Source: a virus. From it: 64,000 nucleotides of DNA. Under the pieces are notes generated by a model. It was not told the origin of the DNA. It worked only from the letters and a program-made list of their open reading frames with translations, and ran no database searches. This document shows positions 41,701 through 50,188 of this stretch, one piece after another (the first letter of the stretch is position 1; every line of letters starts with the position of its first letter). Made by a program: the position numbers and the translations under genes. The stretch spans positions 3,696 to 67,695 of IMG/VR virus record IMGVR_UViG_3300032236_001416. One strand, given 5' to 3'.

Positions 41701-42120
41701 ACCGTCTTGGAAATGATTACCTGATTTATAAGAAAGAATTAATGTTGGTGGGTCACCAAATGCACCACTACCTGTAGCTACAGCAACAGCAATAACTCGA
41801 GCAATAACTGTACCAGTTGCGTTTTTAACTAATTTATTTTCTAATAATTTTACGTCAATAGCAGTACTTAAATATGTCGCTTGTAGTTTAACATAATAAC
41901 AATTAAAATTTGTTGTGACTTGGCCACCAGTAACAGGTGAATTTTGTTTGAAAATATTATCAGCAAACTTTGTAACTTGGTCTTGTAAAATTGTCTGAGC
42001 CTGAGTTAATTCTCTGGCTTGAACTGCACGACCAGGTCTAAACAAAATACGATGAAAGTTTTTTGCTTGGTCAAAATCATCGTAGTATGGATCAGCAGCT
42101 GCTAATTTATCGTAACTCAT
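35779..42120 (-). CDS. Large baseplate-associated structural protein (VrlC/DUF4815-like)
   Basis: PYYDDFD..KNFHRILFRPGRAVQARELTQ, APGADR, KRYTMQDI, RFKNGILVDDF, DPVAQTF, QFAIKVV...DLRVIAL. Confidence 0.85.
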   Translation of the reverse strand: MSYDKLAAADPYYDDFDQAKNFHRILFRPGRAVQARELTQAQTILQDQVTKFADNIFKQNSPVTGGQVTTNFNCYYVKLQATYLSTAIDVKLLENKLVKNATGTVIARVIAVAVATGSGAFGDPPTLILSYKSGNHFQDGDIIYDTASNLTVQAITTAATGVSSVASISQGVFYILGNFVQISPSTIILEKYNNSPSKRVGLTITETVYDYINDTSLLDPAVGASNYQAPGADRYVIALYLDTRPVELGDDQNFVELVRITNGSISNLFDGSVYNVIDDYFAKRDYETNGDYVVEDYKLTPRTTPISKDPSANTYTLTVGKGLAYVHGYRIQNATNVDLVSNRARTTESQNNTPVFIDYGSYFYVDTVRGGASGTFFDVTTAQPIDLHCVTAANANTYSAATYNSTVVATGYIRNFVYDHNTSDSDANTYVYRAFVSDIQNATLSANVVSATTNTVTFPNTYSDSNTSYVGVNISISNGTSAGDFRTITSYNGTTKVATVNQNWTVTPDTSSVFQLNFDIKDVDTIVYADKTSYPATIKGYANINSTGRVGGVSTGETILENTAAPELIYNVGAPYVASIKNASYNTQQLNRGVVFGAGGGVASVDIVYSGSYAGVIKHLGSTSPSGLSADVIKQNFLIVVTNSGSSSFTDGQVIPWTYLGGTVKISSDSVTATLSIPLANTGGFGFTATVLEKVYVTNADDSSHLLKYKNLITANTSVVKIDGTQVASYTYVDDTSLTSTGQIYIQHAGLVTPGSKQSLYLSDVKSIVKIIDTKDSGTVPNLSMLTNSTYDVTRNYTFNNGQQDSHYDHASITLNPGAAQPKGNLLVFVNYYQHTGGDGYFAISSYLNSQKPETYQNIPSYVSKHGTTYLFRDSIDFRPARLNATTTFQFKYNVGDSRYGVFIPTDLSTFTTDYTYYLGRKDKLVLTKDRSFKIIEGSPSVNPLIPTEPDGSLVIANLTHRPYTGYIPTESPSGTISDLSIDKVKHKRYTMQDIAGLENRINNIEYYASLNLLEQKTNSLQISDSYGLNRFKNGILVDDFSSFATADTPNNDFKVTINRRDRVMTATQNVQNFPLKSLATAYNMNNIDSSINLGYDISTDGDINYFTLPYTTANVISQKFASRTVNVNPFSFSLKDGYISLSPNVDNWVDTNYSPALLVIDPNLQVFQASNNINQMTNGDWKTIPGTTYTTKRDVENHGRFKNTYLPKDSQYYGSYDIGYTETATYGSQAQTNTFGAYDQVGAYALNNGYITDVSILPWMRPQQIVARGRGMLFNTSVNYYFDNINVNNYIRKANIIELTGVVGDFNEGDIIGYYSSGTFTPTARVVGVYVGSTNTRLYVAADQHTTTYTTNGVIQNGRFNASGTYTSNTAFGTLVSSSHVAGRIINAANNTTIQLSPLASSANNYYNGNTFYVCAGTGIGQSSNIAAYNGVTKTITLETGFATANDDIYSIGSFNTDEIGSIYGVFNLPANSFHNGQRTLRIDNRINNNLGTETTYAEGIYYAEGLQTTAQTIDYSASPSGAKGTFTSTRYRHNVLIADNFDPYDPVAQTFIVDKTNFPNGMFLNSVSFFFASKPTTDGSPIKLSIVGTQNGYPDGNILDHSVVSLTPDMVNVSAAPQYLDKTATTTFTFSAPVYIQPGTLYAFILKSNSNQYTLWTASNGDTALSSSVSNVPPKNPDGSTNTNFVQPSSITKISGAPYTGGLFTSQNSQTWTVDQNQSLMFVVDRCVFSKSTPTIQYVVPNKLPQRTLIDQSINYYLNANNLSGSTETISTTDVLVDAFNITTTDFLPTTTGIGYTYNATLVGGTAAGTTNINPGKFGTPTNDDIYLSDGKGERILIANSNTSFSLYAQLSTADDAVSPVISDAGLSVYSIKWNINNAELSNSVITLASGGTNYNPATTTVTVSTPTGSGASQAYAAANIVGGIIQSVYLTSNGAGYITTPTITVTDSSMAGSGASVIVTGETSKNGGNASAKYVTKKVVLDPTFDSGDLNVYLTAYRPVNTDINVYYKILNRNDTQQFSDSSWQLMTKINNSGSLYSQTRNDTYEFVFAPGTSGVDQGYVTYTSTTGQTYSSFSQFAIKVVLTSSDHTYVPFANDLRVIALPSNVNTSV

Positions 42121-42130
42121 TTTTTTCCTT

Positions 42131-43549
42131 TTAGTAACCTAATACCAGTCTAACTTGTTCTATACCATCAGGACTTCTTTGTATTCCTGACCTATTTTCT
42201 ACAAAAACAACATAACCCGAAAGAGCTGAGTAATCTGGAGTGCTATATGACAACAATGTTCTATTTGTTTTTGGTATATTTCTGACGGGAGCATTCGTTG
42301 TTGGTGTTCCTGTTGTATTTATTAGCCTTAAAACATTGCTTGCTGTGTTGAAACTCAAAACTGTTGCAGTAAATGTTGCATCATCAATATTATCATTTGG
42401 TCCCTGAAAGACTCGTTCATCTTGTACATATGTGCCAAAGCCAGCAGCAACAAGAAAATCTGTACTTATACTGTAAATTTCATTATTTGCAGGTAAAGCG
42501 AATGGAATACCATTATTATCTGCTTCTAATTTACGACCTCTGGTTGTTGGATTAATAACTATACCAATCTGGTGATAATCTATATCTGTTGGTATAATAC
42601 CATTTTCTGAGCCAGTAAATTCAGAAGTAAACATAATGTGAGAACAACCAAATTCTGATATAGGATCAAAACCATGTCCACCAACTGGCGAAGTCGCAGC
42701 TTCAATAACAGCGTTTGAACCAGAAGCTGAGATAATTGATACATTTGCATATGTATAATTTGAACCTGGATTTACAACTGTGATATCAGTTATCATCCCA
42801 TTATCTACATTAGCCACGTTGGCTGAAGCTCCTGTTCCATCACCCGTAATTTTAATTGTGATTATAGAATTTGCTGGGTCATAACCAGATCCACCATTTA
42901 TAACATTTATAACATCTAAACTACCAGCGCCAGCTGGTGTTACTAATGGATTAGGAGTATTAGCACCAACTGAAATTGGCATCCAATAATTATCCATAAA
43001 TTTTATCTTTAAACCGGTGTCGATTGTATAGATATATTTCCATTTATATCCATCTGTACCGATGAATATATTGTTAGTGCCATATGTACCAGGTTCGAAG
43101 AAAGGTTCTACTGTTGATGGTAGGTCATTATTGTTCCAAAGGCATTTAAAGACTTGGTCATATTTATTTCTAACATAGAAATGGTGAATGAGTAAACCAT
43201 TTTCATCCAATTCAATCATATCAATATCATCTTGGTAATGTTCGTAAACAGTACCAGAAACCCAATCTATTCTTTCAATGACTGGTGAAATATCACTAGC
43301 TGTCATCTTTTTGGCCACAAACATACTTTTTTGAACTTGTTTTATATACTTAACATCAGCTTGTGGTTGTGCAGGATTATTATCATCTTCCCAAGGAAGA
43401 ACTTTGGATAAGAAACAATATGTTGTGCCTAAAGGAACTGCCATCAAGGTTACGCCGTCAAAAGGCGGAACTACAGCTTGAGGAGAATTATATACTAATT
43501 CTATTTGAGTTATTTTTGCACTAGTTGTGAGTATGTTTTTATTTGCCAT
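42131..43549 (-). CDS. gp8: Baseplate wedge subunit gp8
   Basis: RIDWVSG, VFKCLWNN, DGYKWKYIY, GGHG.DP..E, ENR..I.RS.D..E. Confidence 0.85.
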   Translation of the reverse strand: MANKNILTTSAKITQIELVYNSPQAVVPPFDGVTLMAVPLGTTYCFLSKVLPWEDDNNPAQPQADVKYIKQVQKSMFVAKKMTASDISPVIERIDWVSGTVYEHYQDDIDMIELDENGLLIHHFYVRNKYDQVFKCLWNNNDLPSTVEPFFEPGTYGTNNIFIGTDGYKWKYIYTIDTGLKIKFMDNYWMPISVGANTPNPLVTPAGAGSLDVINVINGGSGYDPANSIITIKITGDGTGASANVANVDNGMITDITVVNPGSNYTYANVSIISASGSNAVIEAATSPVGGHGFDPISEFGCSHIMFTSEFTGSENGIIPTDIDYHQIGIVINPTTRGRKLEADNNGIPFALPANNEIYSISTDFLVAAGFGTYVQDERVFQGPNDNIDDATFTATVLSFNTASNVLRLINTTGTPTTNAPVRNIPKTNRTLLSYSTPDYSALSGYVVFVENRSGIQRSPDGIEQVRLVLGY

Positions 43550-43553
43550 GATT

Positions 43554-43561
43554 TATTTATC
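43554..43561 (-). promoter_or_regulatory. T4-like late promoter GATAAATA
   Basis: 4 nt upstream of the gp8 ATG. Confidence 0.6.
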
Positions 43562-43566
43562 TGTGT

Positions 43567-46035
43567 TTAACCGAAAATACTATTTCCATAAATTATTACT
43601 TGAGGAGAATTGGCAGTTAATGTACCAGGAACAGAATCAAAGTAATAATAGTCTGTAAGTGTGACCGAACTTGTCAATGAATTTGAACTTTCAACTTGTG
43701 AAGTTATTACAACTCCATCGTCAGTTGTAAATGTTATAATTGTATTTGGATATGACGTATCAAGTACATCAACACCATTCATATCATGGAATTCAATAAT
43801 ATTATTGTAACCTGTATTTCCAGAAGGAGATTGCATTGTTACGTATGAATTTACATCATCTGTATAATAAGATAATGGATATGCTGTATTTACATCTATA
43901 TTACCAGTACTTTTAAAGTTTTCATTTGCCTTTAAAACATATCGACCTAAAACTTTCATACCAGTTGGATGTAATAAATTCAATAATACATCACGATACT
44001 TTGCAATTTCTTTTTCTGCCGTGATTTTGTATGTGAAATTATTATAAATCGAATCTTGTAAAACATCATAAGAACTTGGATGTCCTTGTGATGTTAGATA
44101 TTGTCCTTGACTTACAACAAGACCATTTAAGAATGATGCATTAGCTTTTGCTGTACCGTCACCATAATTTTTATAACCATTTACAGTATATGAAGGATCA
44201 TATTGAAAATTGGCCATATTCATATGAATGTTACGGTCGATATTTAATTGTTTAGTGGGGTCTGGATTTGAATTGTTGTTAAAAACTCTAAGTTGATATA
44301 ACGACAATGTTGGATCATTATCAACATTTAGTGTTGTTATAGAATCTACTGTCGCCAAATATGAGGCAACATTAGTGTTGGCACCTTGATATATTGTTTC
44401 GCCTCTTTCTGGTAAGATACCTATAGAAACATTTGACACAACAATATCTTGTACTTTTAATGAAACATTTGGTGTTGAAACATAATCCTCACCGTTATCA
44501 ACCAAATTAATTGTTGTGATTGAACCTGCACGGTCTACAATAACTGAGAATGTAGCACCATCACCTAAAATTCCTGGAACATAAAGACTTGCACCAGATG
44601 CTTGTACGTTTGCTGAGTTTACTGTTACAGAAGGCAATATTGATTTTGAATAACCCATGCCACCTAAAGGATAATCTGGAGTTGTACTCAACACATATGA
44701 AACATTTGTGATAGCACCATTGGCATCAACAGTTCTCACATTTGCTCTTGCACCTAGGCCGTTACCGCCAGAAAATACAATTACATCATTTGCTTGATAA
44801 CCATTACCACCATTGGTAATTTGTATTGGTGCTAGTATACCAAGTGACGATAGTGAAACCTGTGTTTCAATGTCTGTTTGATAATTAGATGTTGCACTAA
44901 TTTGAGGTATCTGTGTGATACCAGAACCACCAGCAACAACAAGAACGGAAGATATTGGATAAGTTGTATATGATGTAAATGTGAAAGCATCCGCTAAAGT
45001 AGTATTAGCATCTGAAACTGTAATGTTGGAGAAATAATAATTTGAATCTCCAATTAAAATGTCTTTTTTCAAACTTATGGTATCAATTGGAAGAAATGCT
45101 ACATTGGATATGTATCTGTAATCAGGATTAACTGTGGCTACAACTGCATTAGCACCTGGTCCATTTGTAATATTAATTACTGTATTTGGTGAAAATGTAT
45201 ATCCAAAACCTCCATCAACAACAGTTATACTTTGTATTGCGCCAGCTGTAGTTTCTCCAACAACAGCCGTTGCACCAATACCTGTATTTGAATTCAATCC
45301 ATTATATACAATAACTGGATCTCCAGGTTGATATAACAAACCTCTATTTTTTGGATCAATTTTAATTTGACTAACTTGACCTACAACTTTTGCTTTAAGT
45401 GGTTGACCATCAAATAAAATATCTTGATTGTTGTTATCAACAACTCTAACAATTTCACCAGACTCAAATAAACGTTCGATATTTGAAATGAAAACTTCAG
45501 TCTTTAATCCTGAGATTACTGAATTTTCTACGGTTGCAATAGATTTAGTTGTTTCACCAAATAATCTATAATTCTGTATATTTAAAAAGTTTTTATTTGT
45601 CGTTGCTAATTTCAATGATTTGGCAACATACCATGTACCTGATGAAGCTTTAAGTACAGCATCTTTAGTATAGAAAACATCAAACTCTGAGTTGTAAAGT
45701 ATTCTAAAAAGAAATTGATAAGATGCTGGTGTACCTTTAGTTTGGTATAGTTCTCTGGCAACTTTAACTGCTTGTTGTTTGTCAATTAAAATATCTTGTG
45801 GAAAATATGGCAAAAAATCATTGGTAAAATAATCCAAAAATTCATCAGTCGTTCTGTCAATATCTTTGTAACTTAAAAGATTTTTGGTTCTCTCTGTTAC
45901 TTCACCATTTTGTTCCATCCACTCATAATAGGCAGCCAGAAACAATTTAAAATTCGCATAATCAGGATTATCCCGAACGAATTCGGGTAACTGTGAATCA
46001 ATTAACAGTGATGTTTTTTGGTCGTTTGTTATCAT
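43567..46035 (-). CDS. gp7: Baseplate wedge subunit gp7-like
   Basis: QLPEFVR, FL.AYYEWME, YQTKGT..S..FLFRILY, LQDS.Y...Y, LLHPTG. Confidence 0.8.
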   Translation of the reverse strand: MITNDQKTSLLIDSQLPEFVRDNPDYANFKLFLAAYYEWMEQNGEVTERTKNLLSYKDIDRTTDEFLDYFTNDFLPYFPQDILIDKQQAVKVARELYQTKGTPASYQFLFRILYNSEFDVFYTKDAVLKASSGTWYVAKSLKLATTNKNFLNIQNYRLFGETTKSIATVENSVISGLKTEVFISNIERLFESGEIVRVVDNNNQDILFDGQPLKAKVVGQVSQIKIDPKNRGLLYQPGDPVIVYNGLNSNTGIGATAVVGETTAGAIQSITVVDGGFGYTFSPNTVINITNGPGANAVVATVNPDYRYISNVAFLPIDTISLKKDILIGDSNYYFSNITVSDANTTLADAFTFTSYTTYPISSVLVVAGGSGITQIPQISATSNYQTDIETQVSLSSLGILAPIQITNGGNGYQANDVIVFSGGNGLGARANVRTVDANGAITNVSYVLSTTPDYPLGGMGYSKSILPSVTVNSANVQASGASLYVPGILGDGATFSVIVDRAGSITTINLVDNGEDYVSTPNVSLKVQDIVVSNVSIGILPERGETIYQGANTNVASYLATVDSITTLNVDNDPTLSLYQLRVFNNNSNPDPTKQLNIDRNIHMNMANFQYDPSYTVNGYKNYGDGTAKANASFLNGLVVSQGQYLTSQGHPSSYDVLQDSIYNNFTYKITAEKEIAKYRDVLLNLLHPTGMKVLGRYVLKANENFKSTGNIDVNTAYPLSYYTDDVNSYVTMQSPSGNTGYNNIIEFHDMNGVDVLDTSYPNTIITFTTDDGVVITSQVESSNSLTSSVTLTDYYYFDSVPGTLTANSPQVIIYGNSIFG

Positions 46036-48113
46036 GCTGTTTTGGCAGTTACATTTACAACGATTGCATTTGGATCATATGGATCAATTGTGATGATTCT
46101 ATTATATGAAGATGAAATAATTGTTGTGGTTGGATTGGCAGTCACAGTTAACTGACCTAGGTCATTATTAACCTGAATAGGACCAAAAGAATTTAATGTG
46201 ATAATACCTTCAACATAATCAATTGTTCCAATGTTGTTATTGAAAACAGTTTTGACATTTTGTGTGTCGTTGTAATAACTTCTGAGTGTACCATAACGAC
46301 CTTGTAATGTCGGCACACCAGCACCTAACAGACCGGTTGTATCACCAGGAGCTGCAGTAATTTGTACAATTGCACTTGTGTAACCTGAGCCAGTAGTTAA
46401 AACATTAATCTTTTCGATATGACCTGAACTGGTTATAACTGCCTCAGCAGTTGCGCCTGTGCCGTCACCTAAAATTGTAACTGTTGGTGCATATTGATAA
46501 CCAAAACCAGGATTAATTAGAGATACAGATTCAAGTCCACCAGTAGATGACGGAACTTCTTCAATATAAATGCCATCAATTATATTTGCCAAATTAATTG
46601 GGTCTCTGAATTTAACAGAAGGTGTGCTTGTTACACCACTCTGAAACATTCCACGTTCTAATGGCACACCATAATATAAATTATAAGTTGATGGTGTTGT
46701 TAAGTTTGGATAAAACTTTTTCTGTACCTTAATTGATATCTCATTTGTAATAATTGAGTTATTTACCGAAGCAATTGCTTTTGAAAAATCTGTTGCAGAA
46801 AATGTTGAATTGAAAGTATTTAAACTAGTATCAGCCAAATTTCTTATCGCTGTTCTAATAGAACTTTCTATTTGACCAGTTGTTAAATTTGTTTTCTTTG
46901 AATCATATAAAACATTTGCTGTTACTTGAATATACGTATAGTCTGGGTCAACAATAGTTGGTTCCACAGTCATAACAGAAATTGGTTTTATGATATCATT
47001 AATCAATCTTTGTTTTTGTGTGGCAGTTAAGGTATATGCACCAGCTGGTTTGATAGAGATAAACACCTGACCATATACTGGCGTTTCATTTTCTTGTCCA
47101 CCCCAAACATTAACTGCACCAATTGGATAACCAGCATCATTTTGTTGAATGGCAGTAATATAATCTTCTTTGGTAACTGCACGTTTCTGTGCAGCATATG
47201 CTTTAGGTGCATGAAATTGAATTGATTGTATTGATTCTCTGTCTGCACCAGAATTTGTTGCTTCAATTGGATTAATTGTGGTGTTTGCGTAACCATTTAT
47301 AGAACTCAATAGAACAAAACTGTTTGCACCAGCTGCAGCAGTTCCATCTGTTACAATATATGAAATTCTTACTAAATTACCATTTGTTAATTTTTTACCT
47401 AAAACATCATCACCAAAATAAATTTCATAGTTACCGGATACACTCTCTTGTATAAAATACACAAGTGAATTATTAGTCAAAGACATGTAATTTTCAGCAG
47501 CATTATAGATTTCATATGCCGTGTTTATAGATGATTCTTGTACCAAAACTTGTATAGTTGTGGTGTCAACATTTATATCTGGTATTGTAAATTTTGATTT
47601 TGGATTTGAACTATTATCAACAGTAAATGACAAAGATGTTGCAATACCTTGTTTCAACGAAATTTCTGAAAATGTTGCGGTGTTATTAATAACTTGTACA
47701 GTTTCAGCTGTAGGTGTAACAAAATTATAGTTCTTACCATCAATTGCTTCAGATATAAATGCTGTATATTTTGGAAGTGTTAATGTTGAATCTGTTACTT
47801 CATTTACAGTTAAAGTGATTTTAGATTCAGCTGCTCTTTGTGATTTTGGTATATAATTCAACAATTTGGCGTGAGATACAACAGAACTTCTTTGGATTGC
47901 TGTATCCAAGAACATTTCATTGGCCACCATGTTCAAGTAATAAGCGTTGTATTGTGTATTATAAGCAAGAATGTCCAACAAAGTAGAAAGTGCAGAACCT
48001 TCATAATTGTAATCTTTTAGTGTATCTTGTGATTGTAAAAACGTTTTTAGATTATTTTTGATTGTATTAAAATCTAAATCCGTCATCTGAATTTGTGAAT
48101 TAGCACCAGCCAT
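46032..48113 (-). CDS. gp6: Baseplate wedge subunit gp6
   Basis: LDFNTIK..LK.FL, DYNYEGS.L..LLDILAYNT, NEMFLDTA..RSSVVSHAK.L, FGD.VLG, QKRAVT.EDY. Confidence 0.92.
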   Translation of the reverse strand: MAGANSQIQMTDLDFNTIKNNLKTFLQSQDTLKDYNYEGSALSTLLDILAYNTQYNAYYLNMVANEMFLDTAIQRSSVVSHAKLLNYIPKSQRAAESKITLTVNEVTDSTLTLPKYTAFISEAIDGKNYNFVTPTAETVQVINNTATFSEISLKQGIATSLSFTVDNSSNPKSKFTIPDINVDTTTIQVLVQESSINTAYEIYNAAENYMSLTNNSLVYFIQESVSGNYEIYFGDDVLGKKLTNGNLVRISYIVTDGTAAAGANSFVLLSSINGYANTTINPIEATNSGADRESIQSIQFHAPKAYAAQKRAVTKEDYITAIQQNDAGYPIGAVNVWGGQENETPVYGQVFISIKPAGAYTLTATQKQRLINDIIKPISVMTVEPTIVDPDYTYIQVTANVLYDSKKTNLTTGQIESSIRTAIRNLADTSLNTFNSTFSATDFSKAIASVNNSIITNEISIKVQKKFYPNLTTPSTYNLYYGVPLERGMFQSGVTSTPSVKFRDPINLANIIDGIYIEEVPSSTGGLESVSLINPGFGYQYAPTVTILGDGTGATAEAVITSSGHIEKINVLTTGSGYTSAIVQITAAPGDTTGLLGAGVPTLQGRYGTLRSYYNDTQNVKTVFNNNIGTIDYVEGIITLNSFGPIQVNNDLGQLTVTANPTTTIISSSYNRIITIDPYDPNAIVVNVTAKTA

Positions 48114-48114
48114 T

Positions 48115-48507
48115 TTATCTATTTCTCTCTAAAAGAATTGTTGTTGTTGTTGGTAGTGTTGCGTTTTCTATGTAAAATGTTATGGAAACATTATAAGCAT
48201 TTTTTTCTGGTTGTGATGATACGTTTACACTTTGTAATGTGGCTCTAGGTTCATAAGTGGTTATTATATTCTTTATCATAACTTCTAATGTAGAAGCTAC
48301 TGAACTAGATATGTTTTCAAATAATAAACCAGCAATCTGAGAACCTAAGTCTGGATTGAAAAGTCGGTCATAATTCTTAGTATTTAACAGATTTCTGATA
48401 GAACGTGTTACAGCCTGAGTATCATAACTTAGCGCAACATCTGCCGTCACAGGTTTCTTCGTGAAAGTGAAATCTATGTCGGAATATATTTTATTTAAGG
48501 TTGCCAT
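48115..48507 (-). CDS. gp25: Baseplate wedge subunit gp25
   Basis: YSDID..F, AV.RSIRNL, R.FNP.LGS, YEPR, LER.R. Confidence 0.9.
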   Translation of the reverse strand: MATLNKIYSDIDFTFTKKPVTADVALSYDTQAVTRSIRNLLNTKNYDRLFNPDLGSQIAGLLFENISSSVASTLEVMIKNIITTYEPRATLQSVNVSSQPEKNAYNVSITFYIENATLPTTTTILLERNR

Positions 48508-48511
48508 CTTT

Positions 48512-48519
48512 TATTTATG
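48512..48519 (-). promoter_or_regulatory. T4-like late promoter CATAAATA
   Basis: 4 nt upstream of the gp25 ATG. Confidence 0.6.
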
Positions 48520-49321
48520 AATTTATCCTAGACTTTAATTTGTCGGTACCTATGTAATTATTGATTAAGTACTTCTCGGATTGACCAGGATTACTAAATT
48601 GGTTCAATACACTATAATCATTTACAATTGCTCTAGAGTTATTATAGAAGTTTACATCACTGGTTCTACGTGTATCCATCACATTTTTAATAGAATTTAG
48701 ACCAGCGGTGATAGTTGATATCTGAATTGAAGTCAAATTACTTGTATATGTTGTGTAAGTATCTGGTGGATCTCCGACCGTTGTTGCAGATATACTATGT
48801 ATAATATTTGCCGAATAACCAGAAATTGCAGTATTCATTGTATTCAATGTATCATTGACTGTCAGACTAGTAAAATTACCCATCAACGGTGCATTATTTT
48901 GAACGCCATCTGAACGAAATACAATATACATAACAATTTTACTAATTCCTATGGCCGTACTATAATGTGGTTGTAACGGTTCTTCTGTCATAGGACTAAT
49001 ACCAGATATTCTATTGGTATGACGAATGAAAGTATTACAAGAACTTCTTAGATTATTTACCGTTGTATAAATGTCAGGTAATGCCTCTTGTAAACCAGTA
49101 ATTGCAATAATTGTGTTTGCTGTATTCCATATACCCTGTGTTACATTTGCTACAGGATTAACAAAATAACCATTAACATTACTATTACTCGAATCTGTTG
49201 TCTGCCAGTCGTTTAACAATGGTGGCATACGGTTTAACGTTGTTACAGCATTATCCGACAATGGTGTTACAACACTTGCGGTATTTGCCGGATCGTAACC
49301 TAATCTACCAAAAATACTCAT
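48515..49321 (-). CDS. Hypothetical virion protein between gp5 and gp25
   Basis: Full-length ORF, SD AAGGA, baseplate context; no motif recognised. Confidence 0.6.
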   Translation of the reverse strand: MSIFGRLGYDPANTASVVTPLSDNAVTTLNRMPPLLNDWQTTDSSNSNVNGYFVNPVANVTQGIWNTANTIIAITGLQEALPDIYTTVNNLRSSCNTFIRHTNRISGISPMTEEPLQPHYSTAIGISKIVMYIVFRSDGVQNNAPLMGNFTSLTVNDTLNTMNTAISGYSANIIHSISATTVGDPPDTYTTYTSNLTSIQISTITAGLNSIKNVMDTRRTSDVNFYNNSRAIVNDYSVLNQFSNPGQSEKYLINNYIGTDKLKSRINS

Positions 49322-49330
49322 TTTATATCC

Positions 49331-50188
49331 TTAAACAAAAACCGTATATGGTGCACCGGCACCAAAGCCTTCGTGTAAATGTGAATTAAAAATACCAGAA
49401 TTGACAGTATCTGACATTAATCCAGCTTTCATAGTTCCAAAGTTACCAATTGGTGAGAACATAGACACCGCAGCATTTACTGTTATACCAGCATTTATAC
49501 TACCAACACAAAGGATGTTACCTGGAACCGCCAAAGCATATCCTACCGATAAACCACCAAGGGGTGTTACAAAACCTGCTACGCCTGCTCTCATACCACC
49601 AGTATCCGATGTATCAACTCTACCTTCAGAATAAATGTTTCCGGCATTCAAATTACCACGAATTCTAGAATTACCATCCATGTTTACATTTGCGGCTTTA
49701 ATTTGTAGACCACCAGAAACACCGCCGCCAGCTGTAATTGATGCACCAAGTTGTGATGTTGTGTCGGAATATCCTTCTACTATTTGTGTAAAGTTTCCTT
49801 TTATATGTTGAGTTACGTCACCATCAATATTTTCAACTTTATTACCAGATATTTGCATATTAACATCACCAAAAACTGTAATGTTCAATTTCTTAGCAAG
49901 TTGGCCATCATCTACACCAATTGAAATGTTGTGGTCACCCAATGTAATGTAATAACCATCACCCCAAATTTTATGTACCTCATCACCATTTGGATGCATT
50001 TCTATAAATGTATTTGAACGATGCATTACACGAATTCGTTCCCGTGTTTTTGTGTCATCTAACTCAATTAGGTGACCTGAGTCTGTTAATCTTGTATGAT
50101 TATATGGATTTACCGGTTGATAATCAGTATTAGCTGCTGATTCCGGTTCATTCCAGCCCCAAAATGCGTCAGGTTTGTTCATGCCCAT
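49331..50188 (-). CDS. gp5-like central spike, C-terminal part (beta-helix, HxH tip)
   Basis: PYNH...SGH.IE.DDT..RERIR..HRS.TF.EMHPNGD, VxGD/N repeats, C-terminal NSHLHE. Confidence 0.8.
   Translation of the reverse strand: MGMNKPDAFWGWNEPESAANTDYQPVNPYNHTRLTDSGHLIELDDTKTRERIRVMHRSNTFIEMHPNGDEVHKIWGDGYYITLGDHNISIGVDDGQLAKKLNITVFGDVNMQISGNKVENIDGDVTQHIKGNFTQIVEGYSDTTSQLGASITAGGGVSGGLQIKAANVNMDGNSRIRGNLNAGNIYSEGRVDTSDTGGMRAGVAGFVTPLGGLSVGYALAVPGNILCVGSINAGITVNAAVSMFSPIGNFGTMKAGLMSDTVNSGIFNSHLHEGFGAGAPYTVFV

Noticed and set aside
50179-50188. Frameshift joining the two gp5 halves
   Set aside because: No slippery heptamer seen at the overlap, and the second ORF has its own ATG with an upstream AAGG; treated as two genes.
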